A DNA stretch of 50,650 nt from a virus. The translations under genes were made by a program, and so were the position numbers. Numbering within the stretch: the first letter of the stretch is position 1; each line of letters starts with the position of its first letter. The stretch covers positions 1 through 50,650 of IMG/VR virus record IMGVR_UViG_3300034682_000034. The stretch is one strand, 5' to 3'. The notes below the pieces were generated by a model. The model saw only the letters and a list, made by a program, of their open reading frames with translations, made no database searches and had not been told where the DNA came from. This document shows positions 27,096 through 36,350 of the stretch, in pieces.

Positions 27096-27108
27096 AGTGA
27101 ATTCAAAA

Positions 27109-27255
27109 TCATGAAGATGAATGTGGAGATACCAGAGATAGTAACCCATTAACGAGGATTGGAAGCACCAATAAAGGTGCCCCAATCTTTATTACCTGAT
27201 AGGCATGCCAAAGAGCATAACCTAACAGGCCACTAATGAACAATGATGATAGCAT
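27109..27255 (-). CDS. Possible 48-aa two-TM membrane protein
   Basis: Hand translation gives MLSSLFISGLLGYALWHAYQVIKIGAPLLVLPILVNGLLSLVSPHSSS. The ATG overlaps the upstream TGA (TGATG). Confidence 0.4.
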   Translation of the reverse strand: MLSSLFISGLLGYALWHAYQVIKIGAPLLVLPILVNGLLSLVSPHSSS

Positions 27256-27938
27256 CAGCCAAGCCGCCATCCACCAGGGAACTGTTCATTGTTCAATGCG
27301 AGATGTTGAATCAATGCACCGTCCATGACCTGTTCTCCGCTTCGTCGGTGCCGAATAATGTTGAAAGGGAGCCATCCATAACGAGGCCAATACACAGCGT
27401 TATTACGAACCTCTCCAGCTACGGGTGGGGGCACAATCGCTACTGGTTGAACATCTTGCGGCATTCCAACCCAATCCTGTACGGCTTCTCCATTTACAAA
27501 GATTTGAGGGTTAATACCGCGTAGGGGCTCACCAGCAACTCTTGGTAGAAGAACCACTTCTGCACCCTCTTCGGGAACATTTTGTGCTAGCTGTCTACGC
27601 AGATCATCAGCTACTCGGCCGAAATTGTCGAAGAAGTTCTCAAATCCAGGATGGAACTGCAACGCTCTCTCACGATTACGCTTGATCATATCCTCAAAGT
27701 GCTTCAGATTGTCATCCGAAATTTTGAGATTAGGTAGTTCAAGTGTAATTTTTGCAAGACGCATTGCAAACTTTACGGCATCTTCAATGCGTTTCTCTTC
27801 CAAAGCTTCCTTTTGAAGCTCAGTAAACACTGACACCAGTTGTTTTTCAACTTCTGTACTTACGTGGTCCTCTTCTGCTTGAGAGTCAAGCACATGCTCA
27901 ACTACACTCTCCAAACGATCAATAACGGCCTGTACCAT
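27255..27938 (-). CDS. Hypothetical protein (replication module)
   Basis: 227-aa ORF immediately downstream of the primase-helicase. Confidence 0.6.
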   Translation of the reverse strand: MVQAVIDRLESVVEHVLDSQAEEDHVSTEVEKQLVSVFTELQKEALEEKRIEDAVKFAMRLAKITLELPNLKISDDNLKHFEDMIKRNRERALQFHPGFENFFDNFGRVADDLRRQLAQNVPEEGAEVVLLPRVAGEPLRGINPQIFVNGEAVQDWVGMPQDVQPVAIVPPPVAGEVRNNAVYWPRYGWLPFNIIRHRRSGEQVMDGALIQHLALNNEQFPGGWRLG

Positions 27939-29591
27939 TTAAATCTCCGTAAAAACTGTTGTATCTGGGTTCCAATACATAGGGTAGGAACCAACCTCGC
28001 CATACTCTCGTGCTTCCAAAATAACCAACTGTCTAACATTACGTTGTTCAGGCGGAAGTTCTGGATCACGATTACCCTCTAAACCCAACATTAGATTGCA
28101 TGAACGAGCCATTGCTCGTGAACCTGCGAATTGAGAAGAGAGAACCTTACCACCACGTTCATGTGGAGGACCATTATCTGGATTCTTCAAGTGACAGAAG
28201 ATGAAGATAACAATATTGAGATCAAGAGCCATTGCACTTAGTTCTTGAGCAATTTTCTGCAACATTACGTTGGCTTCACCCGATTCCATACCGTTGGTTA
28301 GGTTAGTGATCGGGTCAATGAAAACAGCTTTAGCACCTGCAACAGCCGCTGCTCTGATATCGTCCTTCAAGGTTTCCCATCCAACGTGCTGATATAGGTT
28401 AAGCATCTCGAGTTTATCTCCGATAACTTCACCAGCAGCATCATAGGCTTCTTCGTCAAAAGCAACTTTAGGATCGTGAAATCTCTTGTGGGCAATCTTT
28501 CCTGCAATTAACTTGTAGGACTTCTTGTTCTCTTCTTCGGGTTTGCAGAGGAAGACTTTCCATCCCAAATCCTTGATGAAGTATGCAGCAAGTTGATTAA
28601 CCACTTCCGATTTGCCTTGTTTCTGACCCGCTCCAAGATAGATGGTTTCACCAAGACGGATGCCCCGCGTTGCTTCATTGATTCCTTTCCAAGGCCAAGG
28701 GAATCCCCATTCAGGCGGCTTCTTAGCTGCCTCATGAAGATCACGACCATTGACCAATCGTGTATTTTTTGGCTTTGATGCTCGGAAAACAATAGCATTC
28801 TGAATTTGCTTACTGATTCCATCAATTAACCCCTGATTAACATCTTTACAAGGAAGCTCTGCTACTTTAGCTTCAGGGAAAACCTTGAGAGCTTTTTCGA
28901 TAGCTTCTTTACCAGCAACATCTTTATCCATAATCAAGATGACATTCTGCCATTGCTTACGGATTTGAGCACCATACTTCGTCAACATCTTTGCTAAGGA
29001 TGATGCACCAGATGGTACAGAGATAACTGCTGGAGTCCAGCTTGCATATTCAGGATTGCGTTTATTGCTTTCCCGAATAATTTGAAATAATGCTACAGCA
29101 TCAAATTCACCTTCCGTGATATATAAGTTTTTACCTTCACTCAACAATGCCTGATGCCATCCAAACGGAGCTGCGTCACGGGTTGTACCGACAGCCCACA
29201 TCATTTTAGGGGAAAGCAACCTAGCTTTGTAGCCAAGAAGTTTACCTGCATCATCGAAGTAAGGGAAATAAACAGACTCAGGTGTTGAACCATCAACTCT
29301 ACTCACTCCAGTTTTGATTCCGAAATGATTCAAGTATTCTTGTTTCAACTTCCGAGAAGGAATAGATACCGTTTGATAAGTACCAATCTCAGCAATTTCT
29401 GCTTGACTTTCTTCCTCAGTCTTTACATGAACTTTTGGAGCGTATCCCTCTTCCCTGTCTGAATAGGGATTTGGAATGAATGTCCCACATGCAAAGCAAT
29501 ATCCTGTGTATTTACCATCCTCTTGAAACACTTGAAGACCATCACGGGAGCCACAAGTATGAGGTAGTTTTTCAACACATCGTCTGGTCAA
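27939..29591 (-). CDS. Bifunctional primase-helicase (T7 gp4-like)
   Basis: Zn finger CGSRDG..CFACG, TOPRIM YITEGEFDAVAL/IMDKDVAGKEA, Walker A GAGQKQGKSE and Walker B VFIDPITN. The ORF track uses a TTG start. Confidence 0.9.
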   Translation of the reverse strand: MTRRCVEKLPHTCGSRDGLQVFQEDGKYTGYCFACGTFIPNPYSDREEGYAPKVHVKTEEESQAEIAEIGTYQTVSIPSRKLKQEYLNHFGIKTGVSRVDGSTPESVYFPYFDDAGKLLGYKARLLSPKMMWAVGTTRDAAPFGWHQALLSEGKNLYITEGEFDAVALFQIIRESNKRNPEYASWTPAVISVPSGASSLAKMLTKYGAQIRKQWQNVILIMDKDVAGKEAIEKALKVFPEAKVAELPCKDVNQGLIDGISKQIQNAIVFRASKPKNTRLVNGRDLHEAAKKPPEWGFPWPWKGINEATRGIRLGETIYLGAGQKQGKSEVVNQLAAYFIKDLGWKVFLCKPEEENKKSYKLIAGKIAHKRFHDPKVAFDEEAYDAAGEVIGDKLEMLNLYQHVGWETLKDDIRAAAVAGAKAVFIDPITNLTNGMESGEANVMLQKIAQELSAMALDLNIVIFIFCHLKNPDNGPPHERGGKVLSSQFAGSRAMARSCNLMLGLEGNRDPELPPEQRNVRQLVILEAREYGEVGSYPMYWNPDTTVFTEI

Positions 29592-29671
29592 TAGTTTTAA
29601 TCTCCTGTGGTTAGTTAGCCCCTGCCTTTTTAAAGCAGGGACTTGTATATACCAAAAATATCAGAATTTTG

Positions 29672-30454
29672 TTACTGATATTGGGCAAAACCCTCAACAT
29701 ATTTGTTAAGAGTTGTACCAGCAAGACCACATGCACTGTTTACTTCCAGAACATTGACCTTACCTCGTGCTGTGACAACAACATCCACTGCGCCAAAATC
29801 CAAGCCAAGGGCCATGATAGCATTCTTAGCCTGTTCCTTTACAGCTTCGGGTGCTTGCACATCTTGATTGGTATAGATGAATCCGCCATCCAGATTACGA
29901 ACTTGCCAGTTGACATTCTCATCAGGAACATCAAGCTTACGAGCTTTTCGCTGAACGAAGAATACTTCACCATTCATCACATGGACCCGATACTCATCCT
30001 TCTTAGGGATGTATTGGACATAGAGAGGAGCTTGTACCAATTGATCAACTGATTCAGCAATGACAATACCTTGTCCGCTGTGACCAGTCAAAGTCGTTCG
30101 ACAAACCACTTTCTTACCCTCACGAATCCAACCTTCTGCTACAGCCTTGTCACGAGTGTAATTTGGGAACTCAACTTTATTAGGTTGACCCTCAATACCG
30201 TTATGCAAGCTGAAAGTATCGAAAGTTTTCAGCTTATCCCCACTGATACGCAGCTTGTGCGGAGGGTTCAAGATTCTAGCCCCTCCAGCGACTTCTACAA
30301 CCTGATCCTTACTACTCCCCCAATTGATCAAGATATCGCCTTCACGGCCCTTCCAGCGGCCTCCTTGAAGCTTGACACGCTTGATGCCCAATGCATCTGC
30401 CAGAGCCTTGCAAGAAGCAGAACCCTGCTTGTATGGAAACAATTTCTTAGTCAT
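29672..30454 (-). CDS. ATP-grasp fold ligase (RimK/R2K-like)
   Basis: YVQYIPKKDEYRVHV and LDFGAVDVVVTARGKVNVLEVNSACGL. Confidence 0.75.
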   Translation of the reverse strand: MTKKLFPYKQGSASCKALADALGIKRVKLQGGRWKGREGDILINWGSSKDQVVEVAGGARILNPPHKLRISGDKLKTFDTFSLHNGIEGQPNKVEFPNYTRDKAVAEGWIREGKKVVCRTTLTGHSGQGIVIAESVDQLVQAPLYVQYIPKKDEYRVHVMNGEVFFVQRKARKLDVPDENVNWQVRNLDGGFIYTNQDVQAPEAVKEQAKNAIMALGLDFGAVDVVVTARGKVNVLEVNSACGLAGTTLNKYVEGFAQYQ

Positions 30455-30631
30455 TCAGATTCCAGTAAAAAGATAGTAAGCTGCAAATGAACATCCGATG
30501 CCAACCCACAGGATAAGGAGTCCGAAAAGCTTACCCCCGGCACTATCCATAAACAATACGCCTAAACCTGCACAAATACAAAAGAGAGCAAGCATGGAAC
30601 ATCCGATGCCAAACCATATATCAAAAAGCAT
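30455..30631 (-). CDS. 58-aa two-TM membrane protein with an internal duplication
   Basis: Hand translation gives MLFDIWFGIGCSMLALFCICAGLGVLFMDSAGGKLFGLLILWVGIGCSFAAYYLFTGI. It is packed exactly between neighbours (TGATATG and TGAATG). A roughly 20-nt direct repeat encodes W(F/V)GIGCS twice. Confidence 0.55.
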   Translation of the reverse strand: MLFDIWFGIGCSMLALFCICAGLGVLFMDSAGGKLFGLLILWVGIGCSFAAYYLFTGI

Positions 30632-30632
30632 A

Positions 30633-31469
30633 TCAACCCTTCACATGAAACAGTTCAAGCATCAGAGATTTTTGATATTCAACATCCTTCTCCCAACCAC
30701 TCTTCAAGAAAGAAGTGGCTAGCTTGGGTGTGCTGAACAACATAGCTCCTAGTTCAGTAATATCAGCCTTGTTCAAGGCATCAATACTACCCAAATCCTT
30801 ACCAATCTTACGCAGACGAATAAGTGCTCTAACCCAGAGGTGAATACGCTCCCAATCATCTGTACCTTCCAATGTGCGGAATTCGATTGTTCCTTGACGA
30901 CCCAGAGGGACAATATTCAAAGCGCAATATTTACCGCTGTCGTTGTTAGGTAGACGATCATAACGAATGAACTCTCGCAGTTGAGAAACAATAGCTTCTG
31001 CATCACGGAGACGCAGACAGAAACGATTACCAACACGATGCTTCGCGCAGAACTCCGTGTATTGACGCTCAAACAGGTAGTAGAGCATGACAATCGTTTT
31101 AGTTTGCTCCAATGTCAGATTGGACACATTCACATGACAGTGCGTAGATGTTCGGAATGTATATTCCGGTTTGGTACGATTGGCTGCAAAAGATTCCTTG
31201 ACGTTCGCCAAATAACCCTTAACACCCACAGCACCGGAAGGGTCACGAAGGACATATTCCTTACCGTCTCGCAACGAACCATCACGAACAGTCATCCATC
31301 CTTCGATTTCGTCGGGGAGGCGAGAACCTTCAACCTCCAATTCAAGACCCACAACAGCACCGACAAGACGGTTTACACCGAAATGCTCAGAAACAGACTT
31401 AGCGACCACAGATTTTCTCCAATTCAGCTTGCAAAAATTTCCAATTATCTCGGAAGTCAGTTTGGCCAT
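30633..31469 (-). CDS. Amidoligase_2-type carboxylate-amine ligase (GCS2/glutamine-synthetase-like)
   Basis: VGLELEVEG, RDGSLRDGKEYVL, THCHVN and GTIEFRTLEG. The start is ATG 31469, or GTG 31409, which has a GGAG 7 nt upstream. Confidence 0.75.
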   Translation of the reverse strand: MAKLTSEIIGNFCKLNWRKSVVAKSVSEHFGVNRLVGAVVGLELEVEGSRLPDEIEGWMTVRDGSLRDGKEYVLRDPSGAVGVKGYLANVKESFAANRTKPEYTFRTSTHCHVNVSNLTLEQTKTIVMLYYLFERQYTEFCAKHRVGNRFCLRLRDAEAIVSQLREFIRYDRLPNNDSGKYCALNIVPLGRQGTIEFRTLEGTDDWERIHLWVRALIRLRKIGKDLGSIDALNKADITELGAMLFSTPKLATSFLKSGWEKDVEYQKSLMLELFHVKG

Positions 31470-31962
31470 TACCGTCAATGTGCCCAACTGTATTACCCTT
31501 AAACAAGATTTCCCCTGTGCTCGCCACCGCCATCTGACGGTCAAAAGCCACACACGAGTCATTACGACGAGCCGATTCATATGCTGCTGTGAATGTAGGG
31601 TATTCCTTGTTAATCATCCGTCGCAATGCATCACGAACATGTCGAGACGCAATGATTTTTGCGATAGATGGAAAGTTGGGAACATTTCTGTCAGACCAAC
31701 CTACGCGATACTGACGTTGAGGGGTACGTTGAAGGAAGCGAGCTACGCTGTCCAACTGTAGATAACCTAGCTGCCAACTAGTAGGGGCCAGCAGTGCATC
31801 AGCATCTTGCTCAACAAGAACCATCTTATCTTGATTGAATGAGAATGCAGACATAACATTCCCACCTTCCAGACGATGGATTGCCAGCAAATCACCCTCT
31901 CGCTCAACAACAGAGCCGACAAACATCATCTCTGCATCACCATTAGACACAATTGTTGGCAT
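31399..31962 (-). CDS. Hypothetical protein in the ligase operon
   Basis: 187-aa ORF with no motif I recognise. Confidence 0.6.
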   Translation of the reverse strand: MPTIVSNGDAEMMFVGSVVEREGDLLAIHRLEGGNVMSAFSFNQDKMVLVEQDADALLAPTSWQLGYLQLDSVARFLQRTPQRQYRVGWSDRNVPNFPSIAKIIASRHVRDALRRMINKEYPTFTAAYESARRNDSCVAFDRQMAVASTGEILFKGNTVGHIDGNGQTDFRDNWKFLQAELEKICGR

Positions 31963-31971
31963 AACAGTTCC

Positions 31972-32769
31972 TTAAGACACCATTTCCAGATCAAAACGCT
32001 TGATCAGCTTTTCAGCTTGAGACTTGTCGCTATTGTTGATGATAGCTTCAATGTCATATCCCTTTGTTTTCAGGAACAACGCTTCGCCAGCAAACAACAT
32101 TTCCATAGCCTTCTTAGCATTACGGAACACCCACGCCTTACGCTCATCAGTGAGCAGCCATGCATTGCTGAGAGTACGATATTCCATGCCATAAGGCTTA
32201 CGACGATAGCAACCACCCTTACCATACATGCTGCGACGACGAGTATCTTCGTCGTAGAACATGCTAGGAAGACCCAGAACAATGTCCAATTGCTTTGCAG
32301 CAGCCTTAGATTTTGCATCAGCCATAGCTGTGTGAATATCTTGAAAATCTGTCCAACCTACGTGAACATGACCCGATGCTGTACGCATTGGGAGTTGATT
32401 GTCTGGACGTGGGTTAGGACCATCACGATATGCACAGAAGTCCGGATCGCAACCCAACTCACGAGCTTCAGCAGGTTGAGAGGCAATGTATTCCAGAGCG
32501 AAGTCAGCCACAGGAACAGGAGCCAGTTCATACTGTGGAACCATTGCCTTCAAGGTTGCGAGAACAGTGTTGACATTCTCAACAAATTGCTTTTCAGATT
32601 CAGCAGGGTCAATGTTGAATTCCAAAGCCATGCCATCGACTTGAACAGCACCCTTCTCCACCTTATGTGGGTTCTTCTTATCACCTGGGATGAGTCCATG
32701 TGCAGACACAAAAGAACCACCTTGCTTCACGAAAATTTCAGGATCGCAACCAATCAAAATCTTGGACAT
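31972..32769 (-). CDS. phiEco32-like COOH-NH2 ligase type 2
   Basis: IGCDPEIF, DGMALEFN, ELGCDPDF, SGHVHVG and KPYGMEYRTLSNAW match my recollection of Pfam COOH-NH2_lig. Confidence 0.7.
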   Translation of the reverse strand: MSKILIGCDPEIFVKQGGSFVSAHGLIPGDKKNPHKVEKGAVQVDGMALEFNIDPAESEKQFVENVNTVLATLKAMVPQYELAPVPVADFALEYIASQPAEARELGCDPDFCAYRDGPNPRPDNQLPMRTASGHVHVGWTDFQDIHTAMADAKSKAAAKQLDIVLGLPSMFYDEDTRRRSMYGKGGCYRRKPYGMEYRTLSNAWLLTDERKAWVFRNAKKAMEMLFAGEALFLKTKGYDIEAIINNSDKSQAEKLIKRFDLEMVS

Positions 32770-32796
32770 TTGTAAACTCCTAGTCAGTTGTTGAGG

Positions 32797-34134
32797 TTAT
32801 AGATTAACAGAATCACGAATAATAGGATCAGCCACGCACTCTTCGCAGAGGAACCCTGATCCGTCTTTGATGGCCGTTGCTTTTTCTGGTTCAACGTCAC
32901 CCGAGCAGTAGGCACAGCATCCGTAAAGACGATACCACTCTCTGGCTTCCATCTGTTTGCCGCTCGGAGATAGGAGAAACTTATTGGCACTTTGGCCGTC
33001 CTCCGATGAAGCATCTGGCTCATCTTGATTGCCACCGGCTGGCTCATCTTTCAAGATAACCATGTCAGGTTGAGACAAATAATAGACTGGTTTGTTATCC
33101 ACCTTCTGGAAACCAGACAATGTTGCCTCAACGTAGTCACCCTTAGCCAAGTCTTCTGTTTTGACAGAATCAATCAAGAAGAATTGTGCTTCTGGATGTT
33201 TATCGTTAGTCAGGTAAAGACCATCAATACCTTGTAGCTGTCCAGATCGGACAACTTCAAACATAGTGCGCTCTGAACGCAGCTTGTTGTACAACGTATA
33301 ACCATCAACAGAAGGGGTTGTCGCCGCAGGAAGATGTAGAGTGCTCCGCTCGGCGTTGTTGGCGTTCGAGTTTGCGCTGTAGTTTCCGTTGGCGTTTTGA
33401 GCCGCGCCCGGCAGTGCTAAAGGGTAGATTACCGCTTTCTTTTCAATCTTTTCAACAATAGGCTTACCGATCACGGTACTCCCTTGTTCAAGTTTGAAAC
33501 GCATGTGTGTGTCAACAGGTACTGAATTCAGTTCAATCAGTTCAACATCACGGCGATCAGTAATCCAATCAATCATTCCGAATTCCGAACCCAGAATCAT
33601 CACACCATCTTTGGTAACACCATAGAACAGTGGTCGTTCCGAATTACGGAAAACATTGACCTCATTGGTTCGCTTATCCCACCACACCAATGCCATAGCC
33701 CCAGTACAAGTGTCAATTGCACTCTTCAATCCACGATTGTTGATGTGTTGATACAGAACATGACTGTCAACAGGGTGTTGACCGTAGCCCTCCAATTGAT
33801 TGTAGATACGCAAGGAACCATTATGCACACCTGCAATATGTTCAAAATCAAAGGGATGAGCGTTATGACGTGTGACTGCACCTTGAGTTGCATATCGGTT
33901 GTGACCAACCAATAGGCGGTGAACACCACGCATCATATTGTCATAGGACTTGGTATCCATCAGCGCATCAGGTGTACCCAATGTCTTAGCGATTTCAATT
34001 CCGCCAGCATAACGAGGCACACGTAGAACACCAGTGCTGTGCTTTCCACGGAGCTGATCAACAATCAGCATGTCTTCAAACACATCTTCGTGTTTCTTGA
34101 TGATGTTACCAAATACGGCTACGATTCCACACAT
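32797..34134 (-). CDS. Class II (Ntn) glutamine amidotransferase fused to an unknown C-terminal domain with a Cys ribbon
   Basis: N-terminal MCGIV, then GHNRYATQG, HPF, VHNGSL and DSH. C-terminus CCAYCSGD..CEEC. Confidence 0.85.
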   Translation of the reverse strand: MCGIVAVFGNIIKKHEDVFEDMLIVDQLRGKHSTGVLRVPRYAGGIEIAKTLGTPDALMDTKSYDNMMRGVHRLLVGHNRYATQGAVTRHNAHPFDFEHIAGVHNGSLRIYNQLEGYGQHPVDSHVLYQHINNRGLKSAIDTCTGAMALVWWDKRTNEVNVFRNSERPLFYGVTKDGVMILGSEFGMIDWITDRRDVELIELNSVPVDTHMRFKLEQGSTVIGKPIVEKIEKKAVIYPLALPGAAQNANGNYSANSNANNAERSTLHLPAATTPSVDGYTLYNKLRSERTMFEVVRSGQLQGIDGLYLTNDKHPEAQFFLIDSVKTEDLAKGDYVEATLSGFQKVDNKPVYYLSQPDMVILKDEPAGGNQDEPDASSEDGQSANKFLLSPSGKQMEAREWYRLYGCCAYCSGDVEPEKATAIKDGSGFLCEECVADPIIRDSVNL

Positions 34135-34152
34135 TTTATTACTCTTTCTTAA

Positions 34153-34818
34153 TTACTCGATGATCATGAAATAGCGAATATCGCTAGAGTTACCAGCACG
34201 ACCCCACCGCCAATTCACTGCTGGCTTGGCTGCTCCGATACGGGATTGGCATCTTTGAGCAAGATCATCGGCGTCCAGATCAGTCTGTGTGAGAATAGCT
34301 ACCTTTTGATGGGTAGATTCCCGCATCTTCTGACCAAACACATCCAAATCTTCTTCTCGAATACCAATCCAACGGTTACGCGGGAGACGTACACGATAGG
34401 CAGATGCTGTTTGCTTGGCTACTGGGGCAGTCTCACTGAGGACGCTCTGAAGTGCAGCCTTTTCATCTACAGCGAACGGGTTCTCGACAACAGGAACTTC
34501 CCCTGCCTCGTCACAACATTCCCAAGTGAAGAGATGAAGGACAGTTTCGCTGTGACGTTTCTTCTTACTGGTTGATACAAGCTTCCAACCGAGAGATTGG
34601 ACAACTTCAATTGCATCTTTTTGTTCAGAAGTGAGGAAGATAACAGCAATGCCATTACCATCACGAGCCACACTTTCCATCTTCTCTTTAAGCTCTTTTG
34701 CAAGCTTAACTTTAGTAATGGATTCTGCGCGTCCATACATTGCTGTCCCAGAGCCACCGAATGCATTAATCACTTTGGCGGTGCAGCAATTCGGAATATG
34801 ATCAACTCGTAGCGGCAT
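34153..34818 (-). CDS. Hypothetical protein in the ligase operon
   Basis: 221-aa ORF with no motif I recognise. Confidence 0.6.
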   Translation of the reverse strand: MPLRVDHIPNCCTAKVINAFGGSGTAMYGRAESITKVKLAKELKEKMESVARDGNGIAVIFLTSEQKDAIEVVQSLGWKLVSTSKKKRHSETVLHLFTWECCDEAGEVPVVENPFAVDEKAALQSVLSETAPVAKQTASAYRVRLPRNRWIGIREEDLDVFGQKMRESTHQKVAILTQTDLDADDLAQRCQSRIGAAKPAVNWRWGRAGNSSDIRYFMIIE

Positions 34819-35485
34819 CTGTTACTCCATCATAAATACCAACAATAGTTTCTTCAAGTGTAATCTTACACCAGTCACGGAACTGTTGGAACTGTTTAGA
34901 ATTGAAACTGAATTCAGGATGACCTTGAACACCGAACGCGCGAATCTTAGGGAAGACCACACCCTCTACAATGTCACCAACACGCTTGTGAACGAATGCC
35001 TTAGCATCTTCATCATAAACGCTTGCACCCACTTCACGACCTGCCACAGCAACGATGATAGCATTGTCTGGGTTGGGCAACATAGCTTGATGGTGACAAG
35101 AGGTGACAAACATCTGCTCTCGCGTCCCACCCAACACCATCATGTAGTGGTTTTCGCAGTGATTTTCAATGTCTTGAATCATCTTGCCGCCTTGCATGAC
35201 ATTCAAAAACTGAGCACCACGACAAATACCAAACATAGGAATCTGTTCAGCATGTGCAATCTGATAGTTCCGAATGTCGCACTCGTCACGATATTCTGCT
35301 GGGCCTGTTGTTCGATGGCGAGGGTGGCCATAGAGTTCAGGGTTTACATCAGCACCGCCTGTGAACAGAACAATGTCTGCATCATAGATTTCTTTGGTGA
35401 CAGAATATCCCCAAGCAGTAAGCAACTGCAACTCCCCGTAGCGTTCACCGCCAGATATGAAAACTTTACGACTGCTCAATTCCAT
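34802..35485 (-). CDS. Class I glutamine amidotransferase-like / peptidase C26 (gamma-glutamyl hydrolase-like)
   Basis: FTGGADVNPELYG, PMFGICRGAQFLNV and FGVQGHPEF (Cys-His-Glu triad context). Confidence 0.8.
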   Translation of the reverse strand: MELSSRKVFISGGERYGELQLLTAWGYSVTKEIYDADIVLFTGGADVNPELYGHPRHRTTGPAEYRDECDIRNYQIAHAEQIPMFGICRGAQFLNVMQGGKMIQDIENHCENHYMMVLGGTREQMFVTSCHHQAMLPNPDNAIIVAVAGREVGASVYDEDAKAFVHKRVGDIVEGVVFPKIRAFGVQGHPEFSFNSKQFQQFRDWCKITLEETIVGIYDGVTDAATS

Positions 35486-36350
35486 ACTCCTGAGTTAGTT
35501 TGATTATGTGTTCAAGCACAGATTTGTTCTTGTACTCTTTAACTTCATCACCATATAGCTTTGTTGTTTTATAGGGTGTAATACCTTTCCACGGATTGCC
35601 TTTGAAATGTTTCTGATCATGGGCCATCAACTGCCAGCGACTATACATCCCTGGGTCTGGGTCCCAATTATTAGCCCACAAGTTCTTACCACTTGCAATA
35701 AACTTGAACAACTTATCCAGGCTGATTTCACCACGAGCGTTGAAGGCTTGATGGCTTGGCTGAAGGTTGGGCGTATCTCTGGTTAGATCAAAAATGAATG
35801 CCAAGTGAACTGCAACAATTTCAGGTACACCATACTCTCGAAGATAATTGAATGTCTTGTAAGTAGAAGGTAGCTCTGTAGGTGCTCGAAGAGACACAAC
35901 GAAACGACCAAAATCATTCTGATTATAATCGTTAATATTGTGTAACAGAACCGTATTGTCTGAAGTGCGAATGAATCGTCCCTCATTCAATTTCAGAATT
36001 GCTTCAAAGAAATTGTTACTGGTTTCTTTATCAGAACGTTTACCAAGTAGGTGAAGAACGTGATGTACTTTTCGATCTTTGTAATCGTTATCCAAAGATG
36101 CAGCACAAACACGCCTGGTGTTCAATACCTCGATATGAAGGCCATCTTCACGGTATGAACCACCAACACCCCACCATGGTTCAAATTGAGATGAACCATA
36201 TGGACGAAACTTCAACAGTTTCTCGTCGAATTCTATGTAATTCTGACAAGCAGCAGGTACTTTCCCAAACTCTTGAACAAGTTTATCAAAATTTTTAGGT
36301 AATTTCACATCACCTCCGTAACAAAAACAGTGTTTCGGGAGTATATACAT
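35466..36350 (-). CDS. Hypothetical protein, first gene of the ligase operon
   Basis: 294-aa ORF. The ATG at 36350 lies inside the conserved 17-mer. An alternative GTG start at 36308 is preceded by GGAGG. Confidence 0.6.
   Translation of the reverse strand: MYILPKHCFCYGGDVKLPKNFDKLVQEFGKVPAACQNYIEFDEKLLKFRPYGSSQFEPWWGVGGSYREDGLHIEVLNTRRVCAASLDNDYKDRKVHHVLHLLGKRSDKETSNNFFEAILKLNEGRFIRTSDNTVLLHNINDYNQNDFGRFVVSLRAPTELPSTYKTFNYLREYGVPEIVAVHLAFIFDLTRDTPNLQPSHQAFNARGEISLDKLFKFIASGKNLWANNWDPDPGMYSRWQLMAHDQKHFKGNPWKGITPYKTTKLYGDEVKEYKNKSVLEHIIKLTQEYGIEQS

Noticed and set aside
31876-32775. 299-aa plus-strand ORF, with similar plus-strand ORFs at 18242-18895, 19370-19975, 30071-30490, 34886-35503, 39269-39823 and 40130-40918
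   Set aside because: Each lies opposite a minus-strand gene that has recognisable catalytic motifs or balanced composition. The plus-strand translations are Cys/His/Leu-rich and typical of antisense frames.
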